DNA of 64,000 nucleotides from Salmo salar (Eukaryota): NCBI RefSeq assembly GCF_905237065.1, contig NC_059444.1, positions 51,942,644 to 52,006,643 of the forward strand, read 5' to 3'. Shown piece by piece: positions 51,401 to 61,654 of this stretch (position 1 is its first letter; each line of letters starts with the position of its first letter). The notes under the pieces were generated by a model. It saw only the letters and a program-made list of their open reading frames with translations, ran no database searches and was not told where the DNA came from. The position numbers and the translations under genes were made by a program.

Positions 51401-53182
51401 CTGGGGTACAAGCACCGCTCCGCCCTGAGTACCGAAACCCCCACTCTGCGCACCATCTATCGGACCCTGGCCAGTCAATACGATCCCCTTGGGTATATTC
51501 TGCCATACACAACCCGGGCCAAAGTCTTAGTCCAGGACCTGTGGCAGACCAAGAGGGACTGGGATGAACCGATCCACCCGGCTGACCTAGTGGAACGATG
51601 GATCTGTTGGGAAACAGAGTTAACGGAGCTCTCTGAAGTCCAAATGCCAAGATGTTATGTACCACCCTGTGCTGACCAACTGGGATCATGCCTGGAACTG
51701 CATGTGTTCTGTGACGCTTCAGAGCGAGCTTATGGGGCGGTTTCCTATCTAAGAGTGGAGGATAAGGCAGGCCACATCCATGTATCCTTCGTCATGGCCA
51801 GGTCCAGGGTCGCACCCAAGAAGCAGTTGTCAATGCCTAGGCTGGAACTCAGTGCTGCCCTTTCCGGAGCCCAGTTGGCATCAACCTTGCGAGCCGAGCT
51901 CACCTTGCCAATCCAAAGGGTCATCTACTGGAGTGATTCAACTACTGTATTGACCTGGCTCAAGTCGGAGTCCTGCAGGTATAAGGTGTTCGTCGGAACT
52001 CGCATTGCGGAAATCCAAGACCTAAACGAAGTCCAAGACTGGAGGTATGTTGACAGCGTAAACAATCCTGCTGATGACGTTACTCGTGGTAAAACACTTA
52101 AGGAACTGGCTCAACCCCATCGCTGGAGTTTGGGGCCACCATTCTTGTCCCAACCAGAGAACGAGTGGCCGACAGCCCCCAGGCGTGCAGCCCCTCCGCA
52201 ACCAACTGAAGCTCATGAGTTAAGGAAGTCCACCCAATGCTACAGTATCTCTATGGAACCGACAACAGCTCTCCCTGACATGACACAATCCCAAACCCTG
52301 CCGGATCTGATCACCGCCACAAACCAGACCTCAGATGGGGTGGCTTCCATACCCACCTCCCTCGCGGCAGAGACACTACTCCTCCAGCATGCACAAGCAG
52401 TTAGCTTCCCTGAGGAGCTAAAAGCTCTGAAAGCCGGTAGGGAGGTGGCTAAGGACAGCCGTCTTCTCTCTCTGGCCCCAGAATATGATCGAATCATTGG
52501 AGTGATCAGAGTCGGAGGGAGGCTGCGCCAAGCAGAAGTTTTGGATCCCGACGCTATCCACCCAATTATCCTTGACTCCAGACACCCTAGTACCAGGCTC
52601 CTCATCAAGAGTTATGATGAGAGGCTTCTCCACCCAGGGCCAGAGAGAGTCTATGGGGAGATGAGGCGGAAGTACTGGATACTCGGAGGACGAGGAGCCA
52701 TTCGTAAGCACCAATACGCCTGTGTGGAATGTCAGAGATGGCGGGCCAGAGCCACGGTGCCCAAAATGGCAGATTTACCCCCTGCTCGCTTGTGCCTCCT
52801 CAAACCACCCTTCTGGTCAACAGGAGTGGATTGCTTTGGCCCCTTGACGATCAAGTTAGGTCGTCGAGTGGAAAAGCGCTGGGGCATTCTATTCAAGTGT
52901 TTGACCACTAGATGTGTCCACCTGGACCTACTGGAGAGTTTGGATACTGAAGCATTCCTCATGGCCCTACGGCGGTTTATCTCCCGACGGGGGAAACCCT
53001 ACGAGATCCTGGCTGACAGAGGCACAAACTTCAAGGCAGGAGAAGCCAGGTTAGAGGAAGCCTTCCAAGCCATGGAACCCAGCCTCCAGGATCAGCTGAT
53101 GGACCAACAAATCTCATTCAAATTTAACCCTCCAGGAGCTCCTCATTTTAGAGGAACATGGAGCGAGAGATCAAATCTGTAA
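48491..53182 (+). CDS. BEL/Pao Gag-Pol polyprotein ORF (1563 aa): Gag, two CCHC zinc knuckles, aspartic protease, RT, RNase H, integrase HHCC plus part of the DDE core
   Basis: CX2CX4HX4C knuckles (CPYCNSKGHFLGSC; CYKCARSHKAETC). Protease region AVLDDGSERTIIL. RT motifs ISGDIKAMFHQI (A) and FYVDNCLQS (the C motif reads YVDN, not YVDD). RNase H region LHVFCDASERAYGAV...YWSDSTTVLTWL is typical of BEL/Pao. Integrase: HPGPERVYGEMRRKYWILGGRGAIRKHQYACVECQ (HHCC), WSTGVDCFGPL, LADRGTNF. The ORF ends in a frameshift at about 53150-53165; integrase continues in ORF 53158..53715 (...EREIKSVKTALRVVLG...GRITKIMPGTDCRVRSVEIQVKNRTYIRPVARLIPL). Confidence 0.88.
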   Translation: MPVTEVSFPPSGQSITPSPFRQLPTMANHSSRPGPGPGQSSDGRWEGSHPIPAATHGGSGTVGDRPNEATVGSSEVPGLSFTQPEDGANIMKLLAASAYGIPRPKLPYFESGKESEFVLLEMALESLLGIHSHLSERYKYQVLMDHLRFPSAYKLAQSFMHSAIPYTASLQALKARYGEPRQLVQNELNNILNMSPIKMGDHAAFQEFSLAVQSLTSMLQSVEGEDGNELKCGFHVDRLLSKLPASLRDSFVEHCLNKGILKEGLRSTYALRDLAAWLQVKARVKSIAHQATISAIVYGGRKEFERQEGQKRPTPTTMYLNSEAGEEPGKKTPLKSKNIKFQPYCPYCNSKGHFLGSCPRVKKLTQPQLKAWITSGEQCYKCARSHKAETCTLRKPCNRCTEIHLTVLHDVIPQAQKEQSMLMVGAVKELYLDQQNRSPRVMLKVVKVTLWSGGRSIDTFAVLDDGSERTIILPAATRQLNLEGIPETLNLRTVRHDVIQMKGSAVTFSISPSGNRDVTYTITNAFTADGLNLAEHSCPVSVLQKQYPHLRGLPLPSLARVAPLILIGSDHPHLVTPTEPIRAGPEGGPVAVHTSLGWAVQGPAHLLLSTQAVQSQQVLFTRCNPSPCPATDLLRNVEMLWKMDTFSNRKLQEVTRSKQDSYALDLLEKRTTTTEMDGVRRYATPLLRVPNHPPLATTTRAVLPLLRGTERRLVKNPELAEVHNQEIHNLVKAGYVTKVTTQEEGNALGESWYLPHHVIQQHGGKYRLVFNCSFQAAGQSLNDCLLPGTILGPSLLGVLLRFRQHSTAISGDIKAMFHQIHLLPSDTTLLRFIWRDMERDAEPTIYEWQVLPFGTTCSPCCAIYALQRHAREHPDSDPEVWDSVENDFYVDNCLQSVPSTAEAKALLDKVRNLLSKGGFEVRQWASNRAEVIQHLPPQARSSSSELWLSQSGANPQEPTLGLRWSCIPDTLGYKHRSALSTETPTLRTIYRTLASQYDPLGYILPYTTRAKVLVQDLWQTKRDWDEPIHPADLVERWICWETELTELSEVQMPRCYVPPCADQLGSCLELHVFCDASERAYGAVSYLRVEDKAGHIHVSFVMARSRVAPKKQLSMPRLELSAALSGAQLASTLRAELTLPIQRVIYWSDSTTVLTWLKSESCRYKVFVGTRIAEIQDLNEVQDWRYVDSVNNPADDVTRGKTLKELAQPHRWSLGPPFLSQPENEWPTAPRRAAPPQPTEAHELRKSTQCYSISMEPTTALPDMTQSQTLPDLITATNQTSDGVASIPTSLAAETLLLQHAQAVSFPEELKALKAGREVAKDSRLLSLAPEYDRIIGVIRVGGRLRQAEVLDPDAIHPIILDSRHPSTRLLIKSYDERLLHPGPERVYGEMRRKYWILGGRGAIRKHQYACVECQRWRARATVPKMADLPPARLCLLKPPFWSTGVDCFGPLTIKLGRRVEKRWGILFKCLTTRCVHLDLLESLDTEAFLMALRRFISRRGKPYEILADRGTNFKAGEARLEEAFQAMEPSLQDQLMDQQISFKFNPPGAPHFRGTWSERSNL

Positions 53183-53715
53183 AGACGGCCTTACGAGTCG
53201 TACTGGGGGACCAAACTGTCACGGAAACTGTCTTGCGGACTGTCCTGATAGAGGTGGAAGGGATACTGAACTCCAAACCCTTGGGATATCTCTCTGCAGA
53301 CATCGCTGACCCCGATCCGGTTACACCGAATATGCTCTTGATGGGACGCCGAGATGCATCACTTCCTCAAGCCATGTACGCTGATACCAACCTCGTTGGC
53401 AGGCGCCGGTGGCGACACAGCCAGATCTTGGCTGACCATTTCTGGGCCCGATTCATTCGGGATTACCTACCAAGTCTACAGCACAGAGGGAAATGGCGGA
53501 GAGAAATGGCCAGCCTGGAAACTGGCCAAGTCGTAATGATGGTGGACCCTCAGCTGCCTCGAGCCTCCTGGCCTGTGGGCCGTATCACTAAGATCATGCC
53601 TGGGACCGATTGTCGTGTTAGATCGGTGGAGATCCAGGTAAAGAACCGGACATATATCCGGCCAGTTGCCCGACTAATTCCTCTCCCTGAGTTGACAGAG
53701 GACGGGGAGCAATGA
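53158..53715 (+). pseudogene. BEL/Pao integrase C-terminal region displaced into another frame by a 1-nt frameshift
   Basis: Frame 1, versus frame 2 for the main ORF. The sequence across the junction (GAPHFRGTW|EREIKSVK) resembles the BEL/Pao integrase ...PHFGGLWEAAVKSVK... region, so the break is a mutation rather than a programmed gag/pol frameshift. Confidence 0.7.
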
Positions 53716-53759
53716 GCCTTTTTTGAGGAGTGTGGAAATTAACCAATTTCCGGGGTGGC

Positions 53760-54117
53760 TGTAGAAAAAGCCCATGGAGTTGGTGGAATAATCCTTTAAT
53801 TCATTGCCACTTACTCAGCTGGGCCAGGGGCACTTTAATTAGGTCAGGTGGAAATGTCCGACAGATCTCCACTCCATAAAAGGAGGAAATCATCATCGCC
53901 TGATCGCGCTGCTTTCTCTTCCTTCACTCTGTCAAATCCAGAAGTTCTGTGGATCCATGAATCCACACTACTCAGTAAATATACCACTTTATGGTTAAAG
54001 GAATTCCTGCCTCAGTCTCATCCATTCCTCTGTCACCTGACCCGTGACCACCTGTTCACCCTCACTGTCAGTCATCCTACCTGTCCAGCTACCCACACAG
54101 ATTCCACTAATCTTTCA
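53760..54117 (+). repeat. BEL/Pao 3' LTR
   Basis: See the element entry. Confidence 0.9.
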
Positions 54118-54439
54118 ACTGTATTATTGACCATATGTTTGTTTTACTCCATGTGTAACTCTGTGTTGTTATATGTGTCGAACTGCTTTGCTTTATCTTG
54201 GCCAGGTCGCAGTTGTAAATGTGAACTTGTTCTCAACTTGCGTACCTGGTTAAATAAAGGTGAAATAAAAATAAATAAAAAACATTCTCCACCGGGCTGC
54301 CAGAATCCCACAGGCGCATTCAACCTTACTCCGAATAAGGATTTTAAACCAACTTTGGGAAAAGTTATAGTCCTAATGAACATTCTATAAAAGTACATCT
54401 CATGTCACATAGGGTCTATTAACTAGAGAGCCCTTTAGC

Positions 54440-55375
54440 TAGTCAGGCTACCTCTGGCGAGCACATGGAGGGCTGTGCGGCCCCCCAAAGAAATGCCACC
54501 CCACACCATGACTGACCCACCGCCAAACCGGTCATGCTGGAGGATGTTGCAGGCAGCAGAACGTTCTCAACGGCGTCTCCAGACTCTGTCACATGTGCTC
54601 AGTGTGAACCTGCTTTCATCTGTGAAGAGCACAGGGCGCATGTGGCAAATTTGCCAATCTTGGTGTTCTCTGGCAAATGCCAAACGTCCTGCACGGTGTT
54701 GGGCTGTAAGCACAACCCCCACCTGTGGATGTTAGGCCCTCATACCACCCTCATGGAGTCTGTTTCTGACCGTTTGAGCAGACACATGCACATTTGTGGC
54801 CTGCTGGAGGTCATTTTGTAGGGCTCTGGCAGTGCTCCTCCTGCTCCTCCTTGCACAAAGGCGGAGGTAGCGGTCCTGCTGCTGGGTTGTTGCCCTCCTA
54901 TGGCCTCCTCCACATCTCCTGATGTACTGACCTGTCTCCTGGTAGCGCCTCCATGCTCTGGACACTACGCTGACAGACACAGCAAACCTTCTTGCCACAG
55001 CTCGCATTGATGTGCCATCCTGAATGAGCTGCACTACCTGAGCCACTTGTGTGGGTTGTCGACTCCGTCTCATGCTACCACTAGAGTGAAAGCACCGCCA
55101 GCATTCAAAAGTGACCAAAACATCAGCCAGGAAGCATAGGAACTGAGAAGTGGTCTGTGGTCCCCACCTGCAGAACCACTCCTTTATTGGAGGTGTCTTG
55201 CTAATTGCCTATAATTTCCACCTGTTGTCTATTCCATTTGCACAACAGCATGTGCAATTTATTGTCAATCAGTGTTGCTTCCTAAGTGGACAGTTTGATT
55301 TCACAGAAGTGTGATTGACTTGGAGTTACATTGTGTTGTTTAAGTGTTCCCTTTATTTTTTTGAGCAGTATATTT
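54440..55375 (-). mobile_element. Truncated Tc1-like element (same family as 12364-12990), transposase N-terminus on the minus strand
   Basis: ORF 54732..55118 (-) MRAGGLHERLVRNRLQ...[94 protein letters not shown] is the HTH/paired-like domain of a Tc1 transposase. Confidence 0.75.
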
Positions 55376-55599
55376 GATTTACAACGGTGGGGGAGTGCAA
55401 AGATGGAGGCACGGTGGCGTCAAAGCAGCGCCTCCTGTCTGTCATCTAGTGCATATATAAATCATTGGATGATACCGTTATGTGAGATAATGGTGACTCA
55501 GATCGTTTGTCCAGTCGGCGTCTCCCATAGCAAAGGGACACATTTCAAGGCCCACTTAATCCACTTTGTTTAAATATCTGGCCTTTTCAGCAGCTTCCA

Positions 55600-56110
55600 G
55601 ACTATTTATATAAGAAGCCAAGTATTGTGTTGGCAGTATCATGTTATGGGTATGCTTGTCATCGGCAGGGACTGGGGAGTTTGTCAGGATCAAAATAAAT
55701 ATGAAAGGAGCAAAGGCCAGGTGAAAAGTTAGAGGAAAACTGCCTTAGTCTTCTGAAAACCTAAACCTGGGATAGAGGTTTATTTTTCAGCGAGACAATA
55801 TCACAAAATGTAATGCCAAATACACACCAGAATTGCTTTCCAAGAGGTGTTAAGTGTTCCTGAGTGGTCTAGTCTCAGTCCTGCTTAAAATTTTTTTTTT
55901 TTATTTTTTTTTAAATCAGGTTTAAATAAAGCTGTCCATCAATGATGCCCAACCAAATGTACTGAGCCTGAGCAAATTTGACCAAATGGATATATAATGC
56001 CCTAAGAGTTGTGCAAAGTTGGTATAATCTTAATGAAAATGATTCACAGCTGTAATGGCTGCCAAAGGTGCTTCCACCAAGTATTAACTCAGGGGGATGG
56101 AGAGTTCTTT
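55600..56110 (+). mobile_element. Tc1 remnant (transposase C-terminus plus right TIR)
   Basis: ...fqrdnitkcnakytpellskrc-vpewsslspa... and ...cacagctgtaatggctgccaaaggtgcttccaccaagtattaactcagggg are collinear with the 6980-7640 remnant. Confidence 0.7.
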
Positions 56111-56999
56111 TTTCTTAATTTGGAAAATGTTCTAGAACTTTCTTTCACTTTGAATATCTGGAGTAGGTTGTGTAGAATTGTAGAACAAAATCTAATTGAA
56201 TCCCTTCTTAGATTGGATTTTAAGACAGCAAAATGAGAAAGAAGTTCAAGGGGGTGTAGACTTTCTATTGGCACTGTACACAATTCTCCACAAACTAATG
56301 TTATATTTCTATCTGCTAAAAGGAATTAGTCCATGTTCAACTAAAATACAATATGAAAATATAATACAGTAGCCTAGAATATTTTCCATTTCAGAATCCC
56401 ACTCAAGTTTCAGACTAGCCTACCCTCAAATTGAGCTATAATAAAAATGAAATCATTCTTTTCTAAATATAGGTACAGACATGACATGCATTTCAGACAG
56501 GATTGGCAGTATTTAACAACCAGCAGTAGTCCTACTTTGACCCTTGAGAAACAGAATTGCAGAGCCCTGGGTACATATTCATAAAGTGTCTCAGACAAAG
56601 TGCTGATCTCTGATCAGTTTAGCTTTTGGAGATCATAATGAATACGATTCCATGGACGGGGGGGGGGGGGGACCTGATCCTAGATCAGCACTTACTCTAT
56701 GAATGTGGGCCATGGACAGTAGTAAGTATACCCAACCGCAATCTTGAGAGAATTGTTCAATGAATACCATTTCAATTGATATCATTGTTCAAAGTATAGT
56801 GATTCTTGAATGAAATAAATGGACTCCAGGAATCTCCTTTATGCACAAACAATGGGGAGGATTTTATTTGTCAATCTGTTGCATGTAAAGCAAAACTTCA
56901 CTCAAAGTTCTTCACCACGATGAGACTGGTGCTTATTTTGAAAAGCAGTGCAGTGGTGCTAGAACGGTAGAGTCATGATGTCATGTTGGTAGTCAGAGC

Positions 57000-57140
57000 A
57001 GAAGAGGAGAGCAGAGTACATGTTAGCCAACAGAACAGTCCTGCGTCCAAAACGGCACCCCAGTGTTCCCTACATACTGTAGTGTACTACTTTAACAAGG
57101 CTCTGGTCAAAAGTAGTGCACGATGTAGGGAACAGGTTGC
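57000..57140. repeat. Salmonid interspersed repeat ('...gttccctacatactgtagtgtactactttaacaaggctctggtcaaaagtagtgcacgatgtagggaacaggttgccatttcagatac')
   Basis: Related copies lie at 21770-21840, 22250-22340 and 58320-58400 (gccatttgggac / agtagtgcactat motifs). Confidence 0.6.
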
Positions 57141-60133
57141 CATTTCAGATACAGACAGGAGTTTACACAGTAGAGCCCACGGTTAGTCAGGCAGCAGTCA
57201 ACAATCCCATACGTACAGGATATATATAAATGTATACATGTATTCGTATGTACATTCAAACCCATTCAATAAATAACAGAGACATTAAAATAAATTAATA
57301 AAATAAAACAAACAATATGGAAGATTTGTTTTTGTAATACGTTCCATGACAGAGGACATGTAAACTGGTAAAATGAATGTTTTCTTCTTTTGGGAGTTAA
57401 CACTTCCCAGTGAGAAAAACTGGTGAAAAGACATTTTTTTGCTCATAGGGTTTAACATGAAGGCATCATTTATAATAGACTAAAGGGGGTCAGTTGCAAC
57501 ACTAGACACTAGAAGAAGATACAGTTTTGGCTTAAATCACCACCATCTTGTCTTTTAACTCCAACACCCATCTCACTCACTCAACGCGCATCTTCTGGAA
57601 CTAAACTTTGCAATCGAGTGCAAATGATATTCAGTGGCAGTTTCAGTGACCTCTTTCAGTCAGATGAGGAACACTGCCTTTACATTTCAATCACGCTGTA
57701 AAGCTGAACTTCGACCCTAATCTTTGTTACAACTGACATTTGTGAACATAATTCATTTTGGAGGAATATCATTTGATTTGTATGATCAACTCCACAGTTT
57801 ATACCCCTTGCCGGTCTACTTTTTGGCATGGAAAATAATGTTGATCGTACAATTTGCCAATGTACCTTTAAATCAGTTATAAAGCATGAATGAAAATTTA
57901 AAAAATATCATAAACATAACAAAATGTTAAAAATCGAGTAACTGATTTGGTTCTGGGTGCGGAGATGAATAAGTCCTCAATAAGCCATTTTAAACAGTAC
58001 CATAACTGACCATTGTAAATAGTAACTAAGTTAAGTGTTACAGTGTTCCCAGGTTAATATTGGCCAATGGTCAAAAAGCCATTCTCTCATTCCTATCATG
58101 CAGCTATACAGCAGAAAACAGCCTGATGCAATAAGTATAGTCCAGCGTATTATACAGTAGTCCCTATGTTCACTTTTCTTCCATGTACCGGTAGAGAGAT
58201 CTGGGACCAGGCTAGTAGAGTCCCAATGTCAACCAACTCCAAGTCACAACCCAAGGCAGTGGTCAAGTGTTCAAGGTCTGTTCACCTTGGGATTGAGCTT
58301 CAAGGACCACATTTCAACCCTCTTGACTTAGGCTTCGTCCCAAATGGCGTTTATGAAACAACCTTAGATACAGTAGATAGCTACATTGGTGCCATTGCAC
58401 AACATGAGTAAACGGCACCAAAACATAATTAAAATCCCAAATAAAACAAAATAGTGGTTGAAATAGTGGTGAAAAATGAGAACTTGGAAGCTGTATTTGC
58501 CCCCCCACCCCCATCCAACCTTATCAGTCCCTTCTCTCAGTGCATTGTCAATGTGTTTCTTCTTCGGTCCTATCGCACAAATCCCTCAATGCATAAAAGA
58601 GAGAGTACCACAGTTGCCAGTGCAACCTACTTCAAATTCCATCCATACCGTTGAACACACTACAACAACTTACTTTCTCTAAATCCTTCACAATACTGCT
58701 TCAGATCATCTAGGAATCCCTTACATCAGCGGACTGTAGAACGCCTGTAGAATGCATCTAGATTCTAAAATGTGGTTATCTTGTTTAGGCTGCAGGAGAC
58801 CTTCATTCCACAACAGCCTTCCCTAACATTACAGACCCATGGTGATGATAGCAGTGTTCCCGATCATTATATCATGTTGATGGGGGGGGGTCTGAGACAT
58901 TAAACACCTCTCCAGGTAATGCAAAGATCTGGTAAGCTGCACAGACCCACCCAGTCGTGTATTGAAGACTGCCTTCCAGCGTTACTCAACTTGGGTGGCT
59001 GACTGGGACAGCGTAGCTGCATCATTGTCCCATTTGAGTCTACTACTCCTCCCTTCTCTCCCCCTCTATGAATCTCTCCAACATTCAATCTCTCTCTCTC
59101 TTCCTCTCCTCTTTTGATTGAAGTGGGGAGCGAGTACAAGAGGAAATCACAACACATAAATAAAAAAAAAACGATCAACATTAATAAATAAATAAATGCT
59201 TTGAATGAGAGCAATATAAAAACCTAAAATGACATTTACTCATCTATTATAAACCCCCTTCCCCTCCTCCCACATTAGTTTTCTAACAGGAGAAAAAGGG
59301 AGAAAGACAATTTCAGAGGGGAGAGAAGGCTGAACGAAGCGATACCAGAGGCGCTGTTGCGTGTCCATCTGTCATTTCCCAAGACCCACTCAAATCAATC
59401 CAGAGTGGATCATCTTGGTGGACAAATAATACAGTACCAGGATCACAAGTTGAAATACTGGTATTGTCTTTGTCCCCCTTTTTGCAGTCACCAAAATCAA
59501 CTGGTCACCAAATAATCATTTACTACATTTCTATACATTGATATTCATTTTGTATCCTTCCCTAATCTAGAACAGCAGTTGAATCTCTTTCAAGAGAAGA
59601 ATACTTTTTATCTATTCCTTTAACTCAGTCAAATAAGATTATCACTCCTGCTTAATCCGCCTGTATTCTTCTCTGCAATCCGCCTGTATTCTTCTCTGCA
59701 TCACTCTATCACTATTGCTCTTCAATGTGTTCTCTCATCCTTTTGCTTTTCAATCCATTCATTTTTTCCCCCATTGTTTGAAATCAGTGTGTACAGACAC
59801 ATAATATTTAAATACTTGCCCTTTCACAAGTCTTTCTCCTGTCTATGCTTCCATCTCTCTCTTATTAATTTCTTTCTTTACCCTCTCCTCTTTCAATCTG
59901 TCTCTCTCTTCCTCCAGAGGTCCGTGTAAATCTAAAGGGACAATGGAGGGAGGGAGAGAGTGGTAGAGGATGAGAAACAATCTCTCTCTCCCTCTCTCCT
60001 AGGTTACAGTGTCATTGCAATACAATACAATAGATTCCCTTGACAGACCTTGGTCTTCCCTCCCCCGGCTTGGTCTGGCTGGCCCCGTCCCCACAGTGAT
60101 CTCTCTTCCTCTCCATCTCTGCCTCCCTCTTTC

Positions 60134-60410
60134 TCAGTGCGTGTCGGTCTCTCTGTCTGCCTGGTGGGGGACGGGACTGTAGCCGTTGGCTGGGGGAGGT
60201 AAAGGGGCTCCCTGGCCGGGGCAGCAGCCCCCATCTGGCTTGTTGAGTGCAGCCGGGGGCCGGGAGCGCGAGGCCCCGGTGAAGAGGCGGAAGGCGCCCC
60301 TGCAGATGAGGGTGAACCAGTAGACCTGTGGGGCCATGAGACAGAAGGCCCCCACGTTGTACTGCCAGGGAGCCCCAAAGGGCACTGTGTAGAGGGGGAT
60401 GGAGGCATAC
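60134..60410 (-). CDS. Terminal coding exon of a TLC-domain (TRAM/Lag1/CLN8-type) membrane protein, candidate FAM57B/TLCD3B-like orthologue: ...YASIPLYTVPFGAPWQYNVGAFCLMAPQVYWFTLICRGAFRLFTGASRSRPPAALNKPDGG...HQADRETDTH*
   Basis: Acceptor ccttctgcag|GTATGCC at 60410. The ORF continues to the TGA at 60136-60134. The motif hhhhYWF.LI.R.A.RLhTG matches the conserved C-terminal TM helix of TLC/Lag1 domains (compare CerS ...HIFWGYLILRMAHKFITG). The G/P-rich tail looks cytosolic. The family assignment rests on this one motif. Confidence 0.45.
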
Positions 60411-60554
60411 CTGCAGAAGGAGGAGGAGGAATGAGGGTTAATGTTCACTTAAATGTTGCTAGCTAACAAGCTTACCCAGATTTTTAAATGTATTTAGTGC
60501 AAACTTGTTCATTTGAACAAGTTCTAAAACAAGACACCTGGTCTCAAGCTAGCA

Positions 60555-60760
60555 ATTTATTTTTTTACCTTTATTTAACTAGGCAAGTCAGTTAAGAACA
60601 AATTCTTATTTATTTTCAATGACGGCCTAGGGTTAACTGCCTTGTTCAAGGGCAGAACGACAGATTTTTACCACGTCAGCTCGGGGATTCGATCTTGCAA
60701 GCTTTCGGTTACTAGTCCAACGCTCTAACCACTAGGCTACCTGCCACCCCTATCTTTAAG
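60555..60760 (-). mobile_element. tRNA-derived SINE (SmaI/FokI-type), complete, minus orientation
   Basis: The reverse complement starts ggggtggcaggtagcctagtggttagagcgttggactagtaaccgaaagcttgcaagatcgaatccccgagctgacgtggtaaaaatctgtcgttctgcccttgaacaaggcagttaaccc...cttgcctagttaaataaaggt, with a tRNA-like head (A and B boxes) and a conserved tail. Confidence 0.8.
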
Positions 60761-60879
60761 GATGTTGGTTTATGGCTAATGACTTTAAACTGAACAAATC
60801 TGATTTAATACAAATAATCAAGGAAGAATGCTTCCCTTATGGAAAAAATACATGCATTTCACATTGTGATCGTCATTTT

Positions 60880-61110
60880 GTTAAGCTAATGTGATAACAT
60901 GTGAAGCAACATGTGATAACATGTGAAGCAGCATGTGATAACATGTGAAGCAGCATGTGATAACATCAAACTACACGTGACAACATCTCACATGGGAAAA
61001 CGTATTTTTAGAGCAATTCACATGTAAAATCATGTGAAAACATGATGTCACATGTGCTGACATGTCACGTGTGGTTTTATATTTGCATCCCCATGGGTCA
61101 CATTTTTTTT
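60880..61110. repeat. Minisatellite: 24-bp unit (acatgtgataacatgtgaagcagc) x about 3.5, followed by degenerate CATGTG/CACGTG-rich copies
   Basis: Direct read 60885-60965 shows perfect units. 60966-61110 is a more divergent array (catgtgaaaacatgatgtcacatgtgctgacatgtcacgtgtgg). Confidence 0.9.
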
Positions 61111-61654
61111 CCCACAAGATCATGTTTTCACATGTACTCGTGTTGTAACGTGTAGATTCATGTTATCTCGTTGCTTTACAGGTTGTCACATTTACTTCAC
61201 ATAAGATCGTGAAATTCAAGTTGTTTTGGGATCATGTTAAGACGTTTGTAAGGCATTTGTTTTACCAGTCGTCAGGACATCACGTGATGGTCACAGATTG
61301 TCGCAAACCATCACCAACCATTATAAGTGAAGTAATGAAATGGTGTTTGTTTTAGGGCTGACCCCATTTAGTCAACTGGTCTATTGTTTGGTTGATAGAG
61401 CTCAGTAGACCAACAGCCTCTTTAGTAGCAAAAAAATATATATACATACAGTTGCAAGAAAAAGTTTGTGAACCCTTTGGAATGACCTGGATTTCTGCAT
61501 TGATTACTCATAAAATGTGGTCTGATCTTCATCTAAGTCACAATAATATACAAACACAATCTGACTAAACTAATAACACAAACAGTTGTACTTTTCACAT
61601 TTTTATTGAAGACATTGAGTAATCATTCACAGTGCAGGCTGGAAAAAGTAATTG

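Larger units (their letters stand above)
47200..54117 (+). mobile_element. Near-intact BEL/Pao-family LTR retrotransposon (6.9 kb) with a 5-bp target-site duplication ACTGT
   Basis: The LTRs 47200-47557 and 53760-54117 start TGTAGAAAAAGCCC and end TAATCTTTCA, about 358 bp each, with about 7 mismatches. The flanking ACTGT is at 47195-47199 and 54118-54122. A PBS-like a-TGGTCCTTCAAGCCGG follows the 5' LTR. The internal Gag-Pol ORF is described separately. Confidence 0.92.
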
